Shown here: piece after piece, positions 25,703 to 34,336 of the stretch
Position numbering within the stretch: position 1 is the stretch's first letter
Layout: every line of letters begins with the position of its first letter
Assembly (NCBI GenBank): GCA_017621705.1
Contig: JAGASR010000036.1
Coordinates: 6,837 to 70,836 of the forward strand
Reading direction: 5' to 3'
Length of the DNA stretch: 64,000 nucleotides
Origin: Clostridia bacterium
GTDB taxonomy: Bacteria; Bacillota; Clostridia; Oscillospirales; UBA644
The notes under the pieces: model-generated
Told to the model about the DNA's origin: nothing
The model's input: the letters and a program-made list of their open reading frames with translations, nothing else
Database searches by the model: none
Translations under genes and position numbers: made by a program

Positions 25703-26443
25703 ATTCAACCCGTAATAAAAGTTGAAAATCTCAAGAAGATCTACAAGCTCGGAACAGAGTCCGTAACGGCACTCGGCGGCGTAGATCTGGAGATAAACAA
25801 AGGCGAGATATGTTTTCTTGTCGGCACATCGGGTTCGGGCAAATCCACGCTTCTCAATATGATCGCGGGGTTGGAAAAACCAACATCGGGAACAGTCGTT
25901 CTGAACGGCACGCACATCGAAAAGATGAATGAACGGAAACTTGCGGTATTCAGGCAGAAAAATCTCGGATTCGTTTTCCAGTCATACAATCTTTTACCGA
26001 CGATGACGGCGCAGGAAAACGTGGCGATGCCGCTTATGTTCAGCGGCAAAAAACAGTCTGTACGAGACAAAAAAGCGAAGGCCATGCTTCTCGCCGTAGG
26101 GCTCGGAGCGAGACTTCGCCATAAACCGACACAGATGAGCGGCGGTCAGCAGCAGCGAGTGGCGATCGCAAGAGCTTTTGTTTCCGATCCGCCGATAATT
26201 CTTGCGGACGAACCGACGGGCAACCTCGACTCCTCGACGACCGTTGAAGTAATGAACATGATCGTGGATCTTGTACGTAAAAACAATCAGACGCTCGTAG
26301 TTGTCACCCACGAACCCGAGCTTGCGGTCTACGGAGACAAAGTCGTTCATATCAAAGACGGTATGATCGAACGAATGGAGATCAACAGCGATCCCGTAAG
26401 AAAAATGGAAACACAAAAAACCGAACAAACTTTAAACCAATAA
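25703..26443 (+). CDS. ABC transporter ATP-binding protein, MacB/LolD/FtsE-like (probable non-canonical ATT start)
   Basis: The ORF track starts at 25859 (MIAGLEKP), but the same frame is open from 25637 and encodes (I)[16 protein letters not shown]...[12 protein letters not shown] (Walker A) upstream of that Met. LSGGQQQR signature and [11 protein letters not shown] Walker B follow. AAAGGAGG at 25686-25693. There is no in-frame ATG/GTG/TTG between 25637 and 25859. Confidence 0.8.
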   Translation: MQPVIKVENLKKIYKLGTESVTALGGVDLEINKGEICFLVGTSGSGKSTLLNMIAGLEKPTSGTVVLNGTHIEKMNERKLAVFRQKNLGFVFQSYNLLPTMTAQENVAMPLMFSGKKQSVRDKKAKAMLLAVGLGARLRHKPTQMSGGQQQRVAIARAFVSDPPIILADEPTGNLDSSTTVEVMNMIVDLVRKNNQTLVVVTHEPELAVYGDKVVHIKDGMIERMEINSDPVRKMETQKTEQTLNQ

Positions 26444-26467
26444 ACACCGATTGGAGTAAAACGGAAA

Positions 26468-28669
26468 ATGAAAAAATTATTGACTCTCTTTACCGTCCTT
26501 TGCCTCTGTTTTTCATGCTCATTCGGAGCATTTGCGGCATCGGACACAACCACTTCGGGCGGCACGGACACAGGCACGACTTCCGATCCGTTCGAATCCC
26601 TTTTTCCCGAAGTTTCGGATCCCGTTATAACCGTAAAGCAGAACGTGATCCCGAACCTCAAAGCAGGCACTTCGGGTTTTGCCGAATTTACGGTTGAAAA
26701 CACAAGCTTCAGCTTTGCTTCGGATATTATCCTTACCGTAACTTCCGATTCAGCGGATATCAAGATCGCACCCGAAGACAGCATAATATCCGTAGGCGCG
26801 CTTTCGGCATACGGTTCGTCGAAAGTGGCGGTTCCCGTTTCCGTCTCCCCGTCGGCAAACGGCCAGTATTCGCTGAGCGTAAGCATTTCGTGCGTTACGA
26901 CAACGGGATTTTTCTCTCAGCAGACGTTTAATTTCTCGGGCAAAGCATCTCTCGTCGTTTCCAGAGGAAGCGCAGTTATGCAGCCTGTAATAAAAGATAT
27001 GAAATTTGACGCTGCGGAATATTTTGCAGGCGATCTTCCCGTTCTTTCTTTTACGGTAGAAAACCCCAACGATTTTGCGATATATTCCGTATCCCCCACC
27101 CTTTCGGGATTTGTTGACGGTGCGGTCGATGCGATTTTCCCCGATCAGTCTTTCTATATTGACAGGCTCGGCGCAAATGAATCGAAGACTTTCACCGTTA
27201 AGATGAAAACAAGTGACTCCGTAGCGGCACAGATCTATAATTTCACCCTTAAACTTACCGCAAGCGACGATTTCGGCACCGAATATGCCGCTGAAAAGAG
27301 TGCGTATTTTACAGTCGTCGAAAAAACTGCCGACGAATTTACGGCACAGTCTCCGAGAATCATTATCGACTCTTATAAAATGTCTCCCTCAAACGCACAG
27401 CCCGGCGACACAGTAAGACTGACGATCGATCTTCTGAACCTCGGCGTACTTGATGCGGAAAACGTCAAAGTTTCTCTCGGCGGCTACGATGCGCAGTACA
27501 TAACCCTCCGTGAGATCACACCTGAAAAGACAGTTTCTTCCGTTGATGTAATGAAGACAGCAACCGTCGAATATTCGATGACTCTTTCCTCTGTTTTCCC
27601 GCAGGATACGAATGTTCCCCTGACCGTATTCCTTTCATACGGTGACCTTACGGGTAAGAATTACGCAGACCAGAGCATCATCAATATAATGAGCATTACC
27701 CCCGAAGAAAAACCCGAAGATGAAAAGCCCGGTTTTGAAGTTCCCGTTTATAAGATTCCGAAAGTTATAATCGAAAGCTTCGTTACCGATACCGAACTTA
27801 TCGGCGCGGGCACCGAATTTGATCTTACATTTACTCTTCGAAACACGAGCGAAGATCTGGATGTTGAAAACCTCCGTATAACCCTTGTTGATTCAGGGAC
27901 AAACGCAGGTATCTTCACACCCGTAAACTCCGGTTATTCTTTCTTTATGGATGAAATCGAAAAACTCGGTGAACATACGCTTTCCATTCCGCTTTTTGCA
28001 AAAGTTTCGACCGAATCGGGTATTTACTCACTCAATTTCCAGATAGAATATGAGTATTATGTAAAAACCGGTGAAAAGACCGGCGAATACCGCTCCAATT
28101 CTCTGGTTGAAACGATCTCTCTGAAAGTCGTTCAGCCGATCAATATCGAAGTTTCGAACTTCTACTGCGATTACAGCACATACGCAAACGGTCAGAGCTA
28201 TATCTCTTTCAGTTACAACAACAAGAGCCGTTCGAACCTCTATTTTATGAATATTGATATCGAAGGCAACGCTACCATGGCTGAAGGCAAGCTCGAAATG
28301 GGTTCCATCCCCTCCGGTTACAGCGATTATATCGATTTTGCGATCAATATCGGAGAAGAAATCGGCGAGCAGGAATTTGCGATCGTATTCAATTTCAAAG
28401 ACAGCCTCAATCAGGAATCGAGCATCAGATATCCGTTCACGATGATCGTTGAAGAACAGCCCGTTTACGAAGAACCCGTATACAACGAAGAAGATTTCTA
28501 TATGCCCGAAGTAAGCGAACCTATGGAAGAAGAAACGGGCGCAATTTCAATGACAACATGGATCATCATCGGCGTTGCAGGCGCGGTCGTGATCGCAGTT
28601 GTTATTATAATAATCGTTGTTGCGGTCAAGAAAAAGAAAGCAAAGGAAGAGGAAGATGAGAGTATTTGA
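26468..28669 (+). CDS. secreted repeat protein (CARDB/COG1361-like Ig-fold repeats) with C-terminal TM anchor
   Basis: Signal peptide MKKLLTLFTVLCLCFSCSFGAFA. Several ~110-aa beta-rich repeats of the type ...F.V.N.G...A.NV.V.L.... Acidic stalk, TM helix WIIIGVAGAVVIAVVIIIIVVAV, and a KKKKAKEEEDE tail. It sits between the MacB-type ATPase and permease genes. Confidence 0.7.
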   Translation: MKKLLTLFTVLCLCFSCSFGAFAASDTTTSGGTDTGTTSDPFESLFPEVSDPVITVKQNVIPNLKAGTSGFAEFTVENTSFSFASDIILTVTSDSADIKIAPEDSIISVGALSAYGSSKVAVPVSVSPSANGQYSLSVSISCVTTTGFFSQQTFNFSGKASLVVSRGSAVMQPVIKDMKFDAAEYFAGDLPVLSFTVENPNDFAIYSVSPTLSGFVDGAVDAIFPDQSFYIDRLGANESKTFTVKMKTSDSVAAQIYNFTLKLTASDDFGTEYAAEKSAYFTVVEKTADEFTAQSPRIIIDSYKMSPSNAQPGDTVRLTIDLLNLGVLDAENVKVSLGGYDAQYITLREITPEKTVSSVDVMKTATVEYSMTLSSVFPQDTNVPLTVFLSYGDLTGKNYADQSIINIMSITPEEKPEDEKPGFEVPVYKIPKVIIESFVTDTELIGAGTEFDLTFTLRNTSEDLDVENLRITLVDSGTNAGIFTPVNSGYSFFMDEIEKLGEHTLSIPLFAKVSTESGIYSLNFQIEYEYYVKTGEKTGEYRSNSLVETISLKVVQPINIEVSNFYCDYSTYANGQSYISFSYNNKSRSNLYFMNIDIEGNATMAEGKLEMGSIPSGYSDYIDFAINIGEEIGEQEFAIVFNFKDSLNQESSIRYPFTMIVEEQPVYEEPVYNEEDFYMPEVSEPMEEETGAISMTTWIIIGVAGAVVIAVVIIIIVVAVKKKKAKEEEDESI

Positions 28670-30095
28670 CGTTATAAGACTGGCGTTTAAAAATCTCTTC
28701 CGAAGAAAAGCAAGGACGGTGCTAACGCTTCTCGGTATAGTCGTAGGCGCGGTATCCGTTATAATAATGATATCTATCGGTCTCGGTCTTGACCAGTCTA
28801 AGCAAGAACTTTTGTCACAGTTTACAAGTCTTGAAAAAATAACGGTATACAGGCGTTACGATTACGATGATTCTATCGGTCAAAGTATTATCGGCAACGC
28901 ACTCAACGATGCCGCCGTTGAATCGTTCAAGCAAATAGAGAACGTAAAAGCCGTTACTCCTTTAATGGATCTCGGTTCAACGAAGCTTGTAAGCGGTAAG
29001 AAAGTTTTCGACTGGGCATGGATACAGGGTATGGACCCCGAAGCAATGCCTCACTTTGAGGAATTTGACAATCTGAAAGACGGTGGACTTATCCCTGCGA
29101 TCGACGATGACGAAAAAACGATAGATGTTATTTTGGGATACAATATTCCGTATCAATTCTATAATCCGAAAAAAAGAGGAGACCAGGAATCGATATGGAA
29201 CGAAAGGTATAACGGTGAAGGCGAAGACACAAGAGAATTGCGAATAGATCCGATGAACGATCTTATAAAGCTCACGTTCGACCATTCTTACGGAAACCCT
29301 CCGAATATTGATCTTTCGGGAGGATCCACGGAAGTAACGCCGATAAAAAGAACAAAGTTTTACAATTTACGTGTAGTCGGCTATCTCGCATTTGACCCCG
29401 ATTATACTACAAACGATGCCATATATATGTCGATCGAAGACATGAAATATCTTGAAAAAGAATATCAGAAATATATGGAACAAAATCAAAGCGGTTATTA
29501 CAACGGCAATTCGGAAGAGCAGGAATATTCCCAGGTATACGTCAAAGCAGAAAATATGAATGATGTTTCCGATATTCAGAAAAAAATAGAGGAAATGGGA
29601 TATTCGACTTCGAGCTATATGTCGTATGTTGAACCGCTTCAGCAGAAGATCGAAAGCGACCAGTTTTTATTCCTTGCTATCGGATGTATCGCATTCTTCG
29701 TTGCGGCGCTCAATATTATCAATACAATGATGATGTCGACATACGAAAGAACGAGAGAGATCGGCATAATGAAAGTTCTGGGCTGCAAAATAAGTGATAT
29801 AAGAAACCTTTTCCTGCTTGAAGCTGGACTGATGGGCTTTTGCGGAGGTGTCATAGGCGTCCCGATAAGCTACGTGGTTTCATACATAATAAATTATATG
29901 CAGGCGCAGCAGAATACGGCAGATATGGGATATTACGTCGATCCGTCGCTTGTAAGTTCAGGTTCTTCGATTATTCCGATCTGGCTCTGCATTGCGGCTA
30001 TAGTGTTCTCCGCGCTCGTCGGATTTGTCTCGGGATTGTACCCGTCGATACGTGCAATGAAGCTTTCAGCGCTCGAAGCGATCAAAAACGAATAG
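28656..30095 (+). CDS. ABC transporter permease, FtsX/MacB family with large extracytoplasmic domain
   Basis: Start moved to MRVFDVIRLAFKNLFRRKARTVLT (ATG 28656), which is the typical MacB N-terminus. C-terminal FtsX 3-TM bundle with REIGIMKVLG motif. 14-nt overlap with the upstream gene. Confidence 0.85.
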   Translation: MRVFDVIRLAFKNLFRRKARTVLTLLGIVVGAVSVIIMISIGLGLDQSKQELLSQFTSLEKITVYRRYDYDDSIGQSIIGNALNDAAVESFKQIENVKAVTPLMDLGSTKLVSGKKVFDWAWIQGMDPEAMPHFEEFDNLKDGGLIPAIDDDEKTIDVILGYNIPYQFYNPKKRGDQESIWNERYNGEGEDTRELRIDPMNDLIKLTFDHSYGNPPNIDLSGGSTEVTPIKRTKFYNLRVVGYLAFDPDYTTNDAIYMSIEDMKYLEKEYQKYMEQNQSGYYNGNSEEQEYSQVYVKAENMNDVSDIQKKIEEMGYSTSSYMSYVEPLQQKIESDQFLFLAIGCIAFFVAALNIINTMMMSTYERTREIGIMKVLGCKISDIRNLFLLEAGLMGFCGGVIGVPISYVVSYIINYMQAQQNTADMGYYVDPSLVSSGSSIIPIWLCIAAIVFSALVGFVSGLYPSIRAMKLSALEAIKNE

Positions 30096-30124
30096 TCTTT
30101 CATAAAAAATTCATATTTACGGAC

Positions 30125-30153
30125 TTGAAATTTAAGTCCGAATGTGATATAAT
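30125..30153 (+). promoter_or_regulatory. sigmaA-type promoter of rpmE
   Basis: TTGAAA (30125-30130), 17 nt, TGaTATAAT extended -10 (TATAAT 30148-30153). Confidence 0.7.
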
Positions 30154-30194
30154 ATATCGAAATTGTTATCATAGCCGAAAGGGGAGTGTAAGTC

Positions 30195-30395
30195 ATGAAG
30201 GAAGGAATCCATCCCAAATATCAGGATACCGTTATTAAGTGCGTCTGCGGAAATGAGATCCCCACTCGCTCCACAAAGACCGATATCCACGTTGAAATTT
30301 GCTCTAAATGCCATCCGTTCTTTACCGGCAAACAGAAATTAGTCGATACAGGCGGACGTGTAGACAGATTCAAGAAAAAATTCAAACTGCAGTAA
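30195..30395 (+). CDS. rpmE: 50S ribosomal protein L31 (Zn-ribbon type A)
   Basis: [20 protein letters not shown]...[26 protein letters not shown] is the canonical L31 sequence with CxC/CxxC. Confidence 0.95.
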   Translation: MKEGIHPKYQDTVIKCVCGNEIPTRSTKTDIHVEICSKCHPFFTGKQKLVDTGGRVDRFKKKFKLQ

Positions 30396-31814
30396 TAAAT
30401 ACAACGCAGCAAAGATGATCACATCACCGACGGACGAATATAAAGTCCCGTCGGTGATTTTTTCTGTTTCGGAGCAAAAAACCGCGGTGGTATTATTCGG
30501 TACGGATGCCGTGATTTCGCCCATGCTCGAAATCACGCAGGAAATACCCGTATTCGCGGCGCATACAACGCTCCTGCCGGACTCGACGGCACGCAGGACA
30601 GCGTGAGACAGATGACGGTAAAGCGCAGAAGATTTTCCGAACCATGAATCGTTTGTCATGATGACCGTTATATCCGAACCGTCGGCGGAATTTTGTCTGT
30701 TGAGAGAAGAAAAAAGAGACTCAAAGCAAATAAGAAAACCGATATCGCAAACGGGAGTTTCTATCACCCCTCCTCTGCCGCCGAATGAAATATTACCGAC
30801 AAGGTCGGAAGGAAGAATGCCGAAAGGATCATATTCGCCGAAAGGAACGAGGCGGCGTTTTCTGTATGACCCAAGAACGGAGCCGTCGGGGGAAGAAACA
30901 TGTGCGGAATTGAATATCTGACCGTTTTCTTCCTCGAAACAGCCGAAAACGATGCAGGAATCAAGTTTTTTTGAAAGCGATGAAAAAGCGGAAACGGCGG
31001 AAACGTTATCAGTCCAAGGATAAGAAGTTTCGGGCAGAATGATAAGAGACGGTTCGTTTTCTTCACAGATAAGGCGGCAAAGTTCGGAATAAAGAAAAAG
31101 AGTATCGGTTTTATCGGTCGTCCATTTACCGTCAGCGGCAATGTTACCCTGAACTATGGCGACCGATATTTTTTCACCCGTTAAAGGCCGTGCCATCCGC
31201 AGAAAGCCAAATGAAAGATTTGAGAAAAATACGGCAATCGCAACGAAAAAATAAAAGATAAATCTTTTTTTGTTTTTAATTTCGGATAACGCAAGCGCGA
31301 AAAAACCGTTAATAACGATAATAATTAAAGAAACCGAAAGCGAACCGCCGACAGAAGCGGTCTGTAAAAACGGAGTAAAGCACGAAACTGAAGCTGCAAG
31401 GCTCGTCCACGGAAAGCTGAATCTGCCCATTGCCGAAGGAATGAATTCAGACAAAAGATAAGAAAAAGTAAACGAAAAAAGGAACGGAAAACCGCTTTTC
31501 GAGAAGAAATAAAAAGGCAGAAAACCGACCGTTAAAATCATTCCGCCGATAACGGAAAGCGCCAGAAGGGCGAAGAAAGTAAGCCCTAAGGACGGCAGAT
31601 AACCGTTAAAATACAGCTCGAAAATCCACAGACAAGAGCCTCCCCAAAGAGCAAAACCGTAAAAAAATGAGTACGGCAAACATTTTTCGGGAGATTTTTT
31701 GCAGATAAAAGCAAACAGTGTCGGGGCGAAAAACGAAAGGATCGAAAAACATCTTTCGGCTCCGGCAAGGGCGGTAAAAAGACCCGAAATAAAACTGCAA
31801 ACAAAACTTATCAT
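30339..31814 (-). CDS. lnt: apolipoprotein N-acyltransferase-like protein (CN-hydrolase domain with N-terminal polytopic membrane domain)
   Basis: Multi-TM N-terminal half. Catalytic E-K-C triad context: [32 protein letters not shown]. The 3' end overlaps rpmE by 57 nt on the opposite strand. Confidence 0.8.
   Translation of the reverse strand: MISFVCSFISGLFTALAGAERCFSILSFFAPTLFAFICKKSPEKCLPYSFFYGFALWGGSCLWIFELYFNGYLPSLGLTFFALLALSVIGGMILTVGFLPFYFFSKSGFPFLFSFTFSYLLSEFIPSAMGRFSFPWTSLAASVSCFTPFLQTASVGGSLSVSLIIIVINGFFALALSEIKNKKRFIFYFFVAIAVFFSNLSFGFLRMARPLTGEKISVAIVQGNIAADGKWTTDKTDTLFLYSELCRLICEENEPSLIILPETSYPWTDNVSAVSAFSSLSKKLDSCIVFGCFEEENGQIFNSAHVSSPDGSVLGSYRKRRLVPFGEYDPFGILPSDLVGNISFGGRGGVIETPVCDIGFLICFESLFSSLNRQNSADGSDITVIMTNDSWFGKSSALYRHLSHAVLRAVESGRSVVCAANTGISCVISSMGEITASVPNNTTAVFCSETEKITDGTLYSSVGDVIIFAALYLLLQFEFFLESVYTSACID
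30423..30463 (+). terminator. intrinsic terminator of rpmE, embedded in the antisense lnt coding sequence
   Basis: ATCACCGACGG (30423-30433) pairs with CCGTCGGTGAT (30448-30458), followed by TTTTTT. Confidence 0.8.
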
Positions 31815-31886
31815 AACAAGACGGTTCCTTTCGATATTGCAAAGAGCGCAAACATCAAATTTTCACATAATTGTCAAACAGAAAGC

Positions 31887-31915
31887 TTGACAAAACGGGG
31901 CAAAAATTGTATTAT
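31887..31915 (+). promoter_or_regulatory. sigmaA-type promoter upstream of the DUF1349-gltX-glnS block
   Basis: TTGACA (31887-31892), 17 nt, TATTAT (31910-31915). Confidence 0.6.
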
Positions 31916-31999
31916 ATAAGTTGATATAAATACTATGTTTATATTGGTAGATAAGAGAAAAAAATATACGATAATCCAACAGTAAGGAGAATAAATTTT

Positions 32000-32635
32000 A
32001 TGAAAAACCTTCTTGCAAACTTCAAAAAAAGTAATTTTAAGTATCTTAACGTCGAAGAGGATGACGACAGCTCCGTTCTTTTCACGAAAGAAGACGGTAT
32101 ATCCCTCATCCCCGAAGAAAATTCCAGCTTTTACCGCGCACCCGACGGAACTAAGAACCGTTCAAACGCTATTTTCATGTATATCGAAGCTGAAGGCGAT
32201 TTCATCGTAAGAGCACACGTTGACCATAACTTCATCTACGAAGGCGATGCTGCAAGCATTATGGTCAGAGTTGACGACGATAACTGGGCAAAGCTCTGCT
32301 TTGAAAAATCCGAAACCGGCACAAACTCTCTCGTAAGCTCCGTAACATACGACGGCTGGTCCGACAGAGCTATCGGCGAAACGTATTCCTGGGATAACGT
32401 ACGCCTTTATTTTGTAAGAAAAGGCAATACGTTCGGAATGTATTACTCTCCCGATGACAAGCATAAACGCCTCATCCGCTATTTCAGACTCGATGCTCCC
32501 GAAAAGATTCAGGTTGGTATGATGGCACAGTCTCCCCACGGCGAAGGCGATGCTGTTATGAACTTCTATTCTTTCGACATTGAATATATCTCCGTCGGCA
32601 GTATCGAAGAAGGCGCACTTGACCATTTCTGTTAA
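32000..32635 (+). CDS. DUF1349-like (concanavalin-type beta-sandwich) protein
   Basis: 211 aa. Beta-rich, with no signal peptide. The pattern GDFIVRAHV...DAASIMVRVDDDNWAKLCFE...VRLYFVRKGNTF resembles DUF1349 proteins. RBS AAGGAGA. Confidence 0.5.
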   Translation: MKNLLANFKKSNFKYLNVEEDDDSSVLFTKEDGISLIPEENSSFYRAPDGTKNRSNAIFMYIEAEGDFIVRAHVDHNFIYEGDAASIMVRVDDDNWAKLCFEKSETGTNSLVSSVTYDGWSDRAIGETYSWDNVRLYFVRKGNTFGMYYSPDDKHKRLIRYFRLDAPEKIQVGMMAQSPHGEGDAVMNFYSFDIEYISVGSIEEGALDHFC

Positions 32636-32670
32636 TCAATCGACCGTTAAAAAATATAAAGGAATAAAAA

Positions 32671-34323
32671 ATGGATAATCTTAAGCTTGCGGAACTTCTT
32701 TTTCCGCACATAACAAAAACCACCGAATATTACGAAGAAAAATATCCCCCGAGAAATCTTCCAGAGGGCGCAAGAGTAACCCGTATAGCACCCAGCCCGA
32801 CAGGTTATCTTCATATCGGCGCGCTTTACGGTGCGGTTACCGACGAAAGAACCGCTCACCTTACGAACGGTGTTTTCTATCTCAGAATAGAAGACACAGA
32901 CTCGAAGCGTGAAGTTTCGGGTGCCGCAGACCTTTTCATTACCATGTTCGAAAAATACGGCATGAAATTTGACGAAGGAGCTGTCAGCGGCGGCGACAAA
33001 GGTGACTACGGCCCGTACAGACAGAGCGAAAGAACCGAAATTTACCAGACTTTTGCAAAACAGCTCATCGCAGAAGGCAAGGCATATCCTTGTTTCTGTA
33101 CCGATACCGAGATCGAAAAGATCAGAAACGAGCAGGAAGCCGCAGGCGAAAACCCCGGTTATTACGGTAAATGGGCAGTCTGGAGAGATGCCGAAATAGA
33201 AAAAGTTGAGCAGGCTCTCGCAGAAAAGAAACCGTTCGTTGTTCGTCTCCGTTCGACAGGCGACCCCTCAAAGAGAGTTAAACTCACCGATGCAATAAAG
33301 GGCGACCTCGAATTCCCGCAGAACAATCAGGACTTTGTAATCCTTAAATCGGACGGAACTCCCCCCTACCATTTCGCTCATGCGATCGACGATCATCTTA
33401 TGAGAACGACCCACGTTGTCCGCGGCGAAGAATGGCTCGCTACTCTTCCGTGGCACGTTGAACTTTTTGCGGCTCTCGGCTTCAAACGTCCCGTTTTCTG
33501 CCACACCGCAAATATCATGAAGCTCGATAACGGCTCGAAGAGAAAGATCTCCAAGAGAAAAGACCCCGAAGCGGACGTTGCGATGTTCCTTCGCGAAGGT
33601 TATCCGCAGAGCGCACTTATAGAATACGTTCTCACTCTTCTCAACTCCAACTTTGAAGACTGGCGCAGAGCAAACCCGACCGCAGACAAAAACGAGTTCC
33701 CGTTCTCCTTCAAGAAAATGGGTGTTTCGGGTCCGCTTTTCGACTTTGAAAAACTTTACGATATCTGTAAAGACGTTGTTTCGAGAATGGACGCAGAGAC
33801 CGTTTACGAAAACGTTGTTGCATGGACTGCTGAATACGATCCCGAATTCAATGCGGTTCTGACGAAAGATCCGCAGTACGCAAAAGATATTCTCTCTATC
33901 GGCAGAGGCGGTTCGAAGCCGAGAAAAGACTTTGGTCTCTGGAAAGAAGTCAGAGAATACATGGGCTTTTTCTACAACGAGCTTTTCGCTCCCGAATACT
34001 GCTTCCCCGAAAATCTCGCAAAAGAAGATATCATTGCGGTTCTCGAAAAATATCCGTCCGTATTTGACGAAAACGACGATCAGCAGCAGTGGTTCGAAAA
34101 ACTCAAGACTGTCGCTTCATCTATCGGATTTGCGGCAGATACCAAAGAATACAAGAAAAATCCCGATGCATTCAAAGGCCATGTCGGCGATATCGCAATG
34201 ATGCTGAGAGTTGCGCTTACCGGTAAGCAGGTATCTCCCGATACCTTTGCCGTTATCCGTATTCTCGGAAAAGACGAAATGACAAACAGACTTAAAAAAT
34301 GCATCGATTCTATAAAAGGTTAA
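32671..34323 (+). CDS. gltX: glutamate--tRNA ligase (long form)
   Basis: Class I HIGH motif PSPTGYLHIGAL, RIEDTD, KMSKS-type KISKRK, and PPYHFAHAIDDHLM. Confidence 0.85.
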   Translation: MDNLKLAELLFPHITKTTEYYEEKYPPRNLPEGARVTRIAPSPTGYLHIGALYGAVTDERTAHLTNGVFYLRIEDTDSKREVSGAADLFITMFEKYGMKFDEGAVSGGDKGDYGPYRQSERTEIYQTFAKQLIAEGKAYPCFCTDTEIEKIRNEQEAAGENPGYYGKWAVWRDAEIEKVEQALAEKKPFVVRLRSTGDPSKRVKLTDAIKGDLEFPQNNQDFVILKSDGTPPYHFAHAIDDHLMRTTHVVRGEEWLATLPWHVELFAALGFKRPVFCHTANIMKLDNGSKRKISKRKDPEADVAMFLREGYPQSALIEYVLTLLNSNFEDWRRANPTADKNEFPFSFKKMGVSGPLFDFEKLYDICKDVVSRMDAETVYENVVAWTAEYDPEFNAVLTKDPQYAKDILSIGRGGSKPRKDFGLWKEVREYMGFFYNELFAPEYCFPENLAKEDIIAVLEKYPSVFDENDDQQQWFEKLKTVASSIGFAADTKEYKKNPDAFKGHVGDIAMMLRVALTGKQVSPDTFAVIRILGKDEMTNRLKKCIDSIKG

Positions 34324-34336
34324 GGACATAAATTAT

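Noticed and set aside
25625-26085. Minus-strand ORFs (25625-25915, 25741-26085) as an explanation for the missing start of the ABC ATPase.
   Set aside because: The plus frame encodes Walker A, Q-loop, signature and Walker B in the correct order. The minus ORFs are featureless.
28617-28655. N-terminal extensions given by the ORF track for several genes (for example 28617, 36007, 37201, 38318, 40655, 43858, 49673, 57478, 59423, 18914, 5384, 7565, 1282).
   Set aside because: In each case an internal ATG with a properly spaced GGAGG-type RBS gives the canonical family N-terminus (signal peptide, Rossmann motif and so on). The extension overlaps the upstream gene or a terminator.
32636-34336. Looked for T-box leaders upstream of gltX and glnS.
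   Set aside because: The intergenic gaps are only 35 and 13 nt, so there is no room for a T-box. The genes appear co-transcribed from the promoter near 31887.
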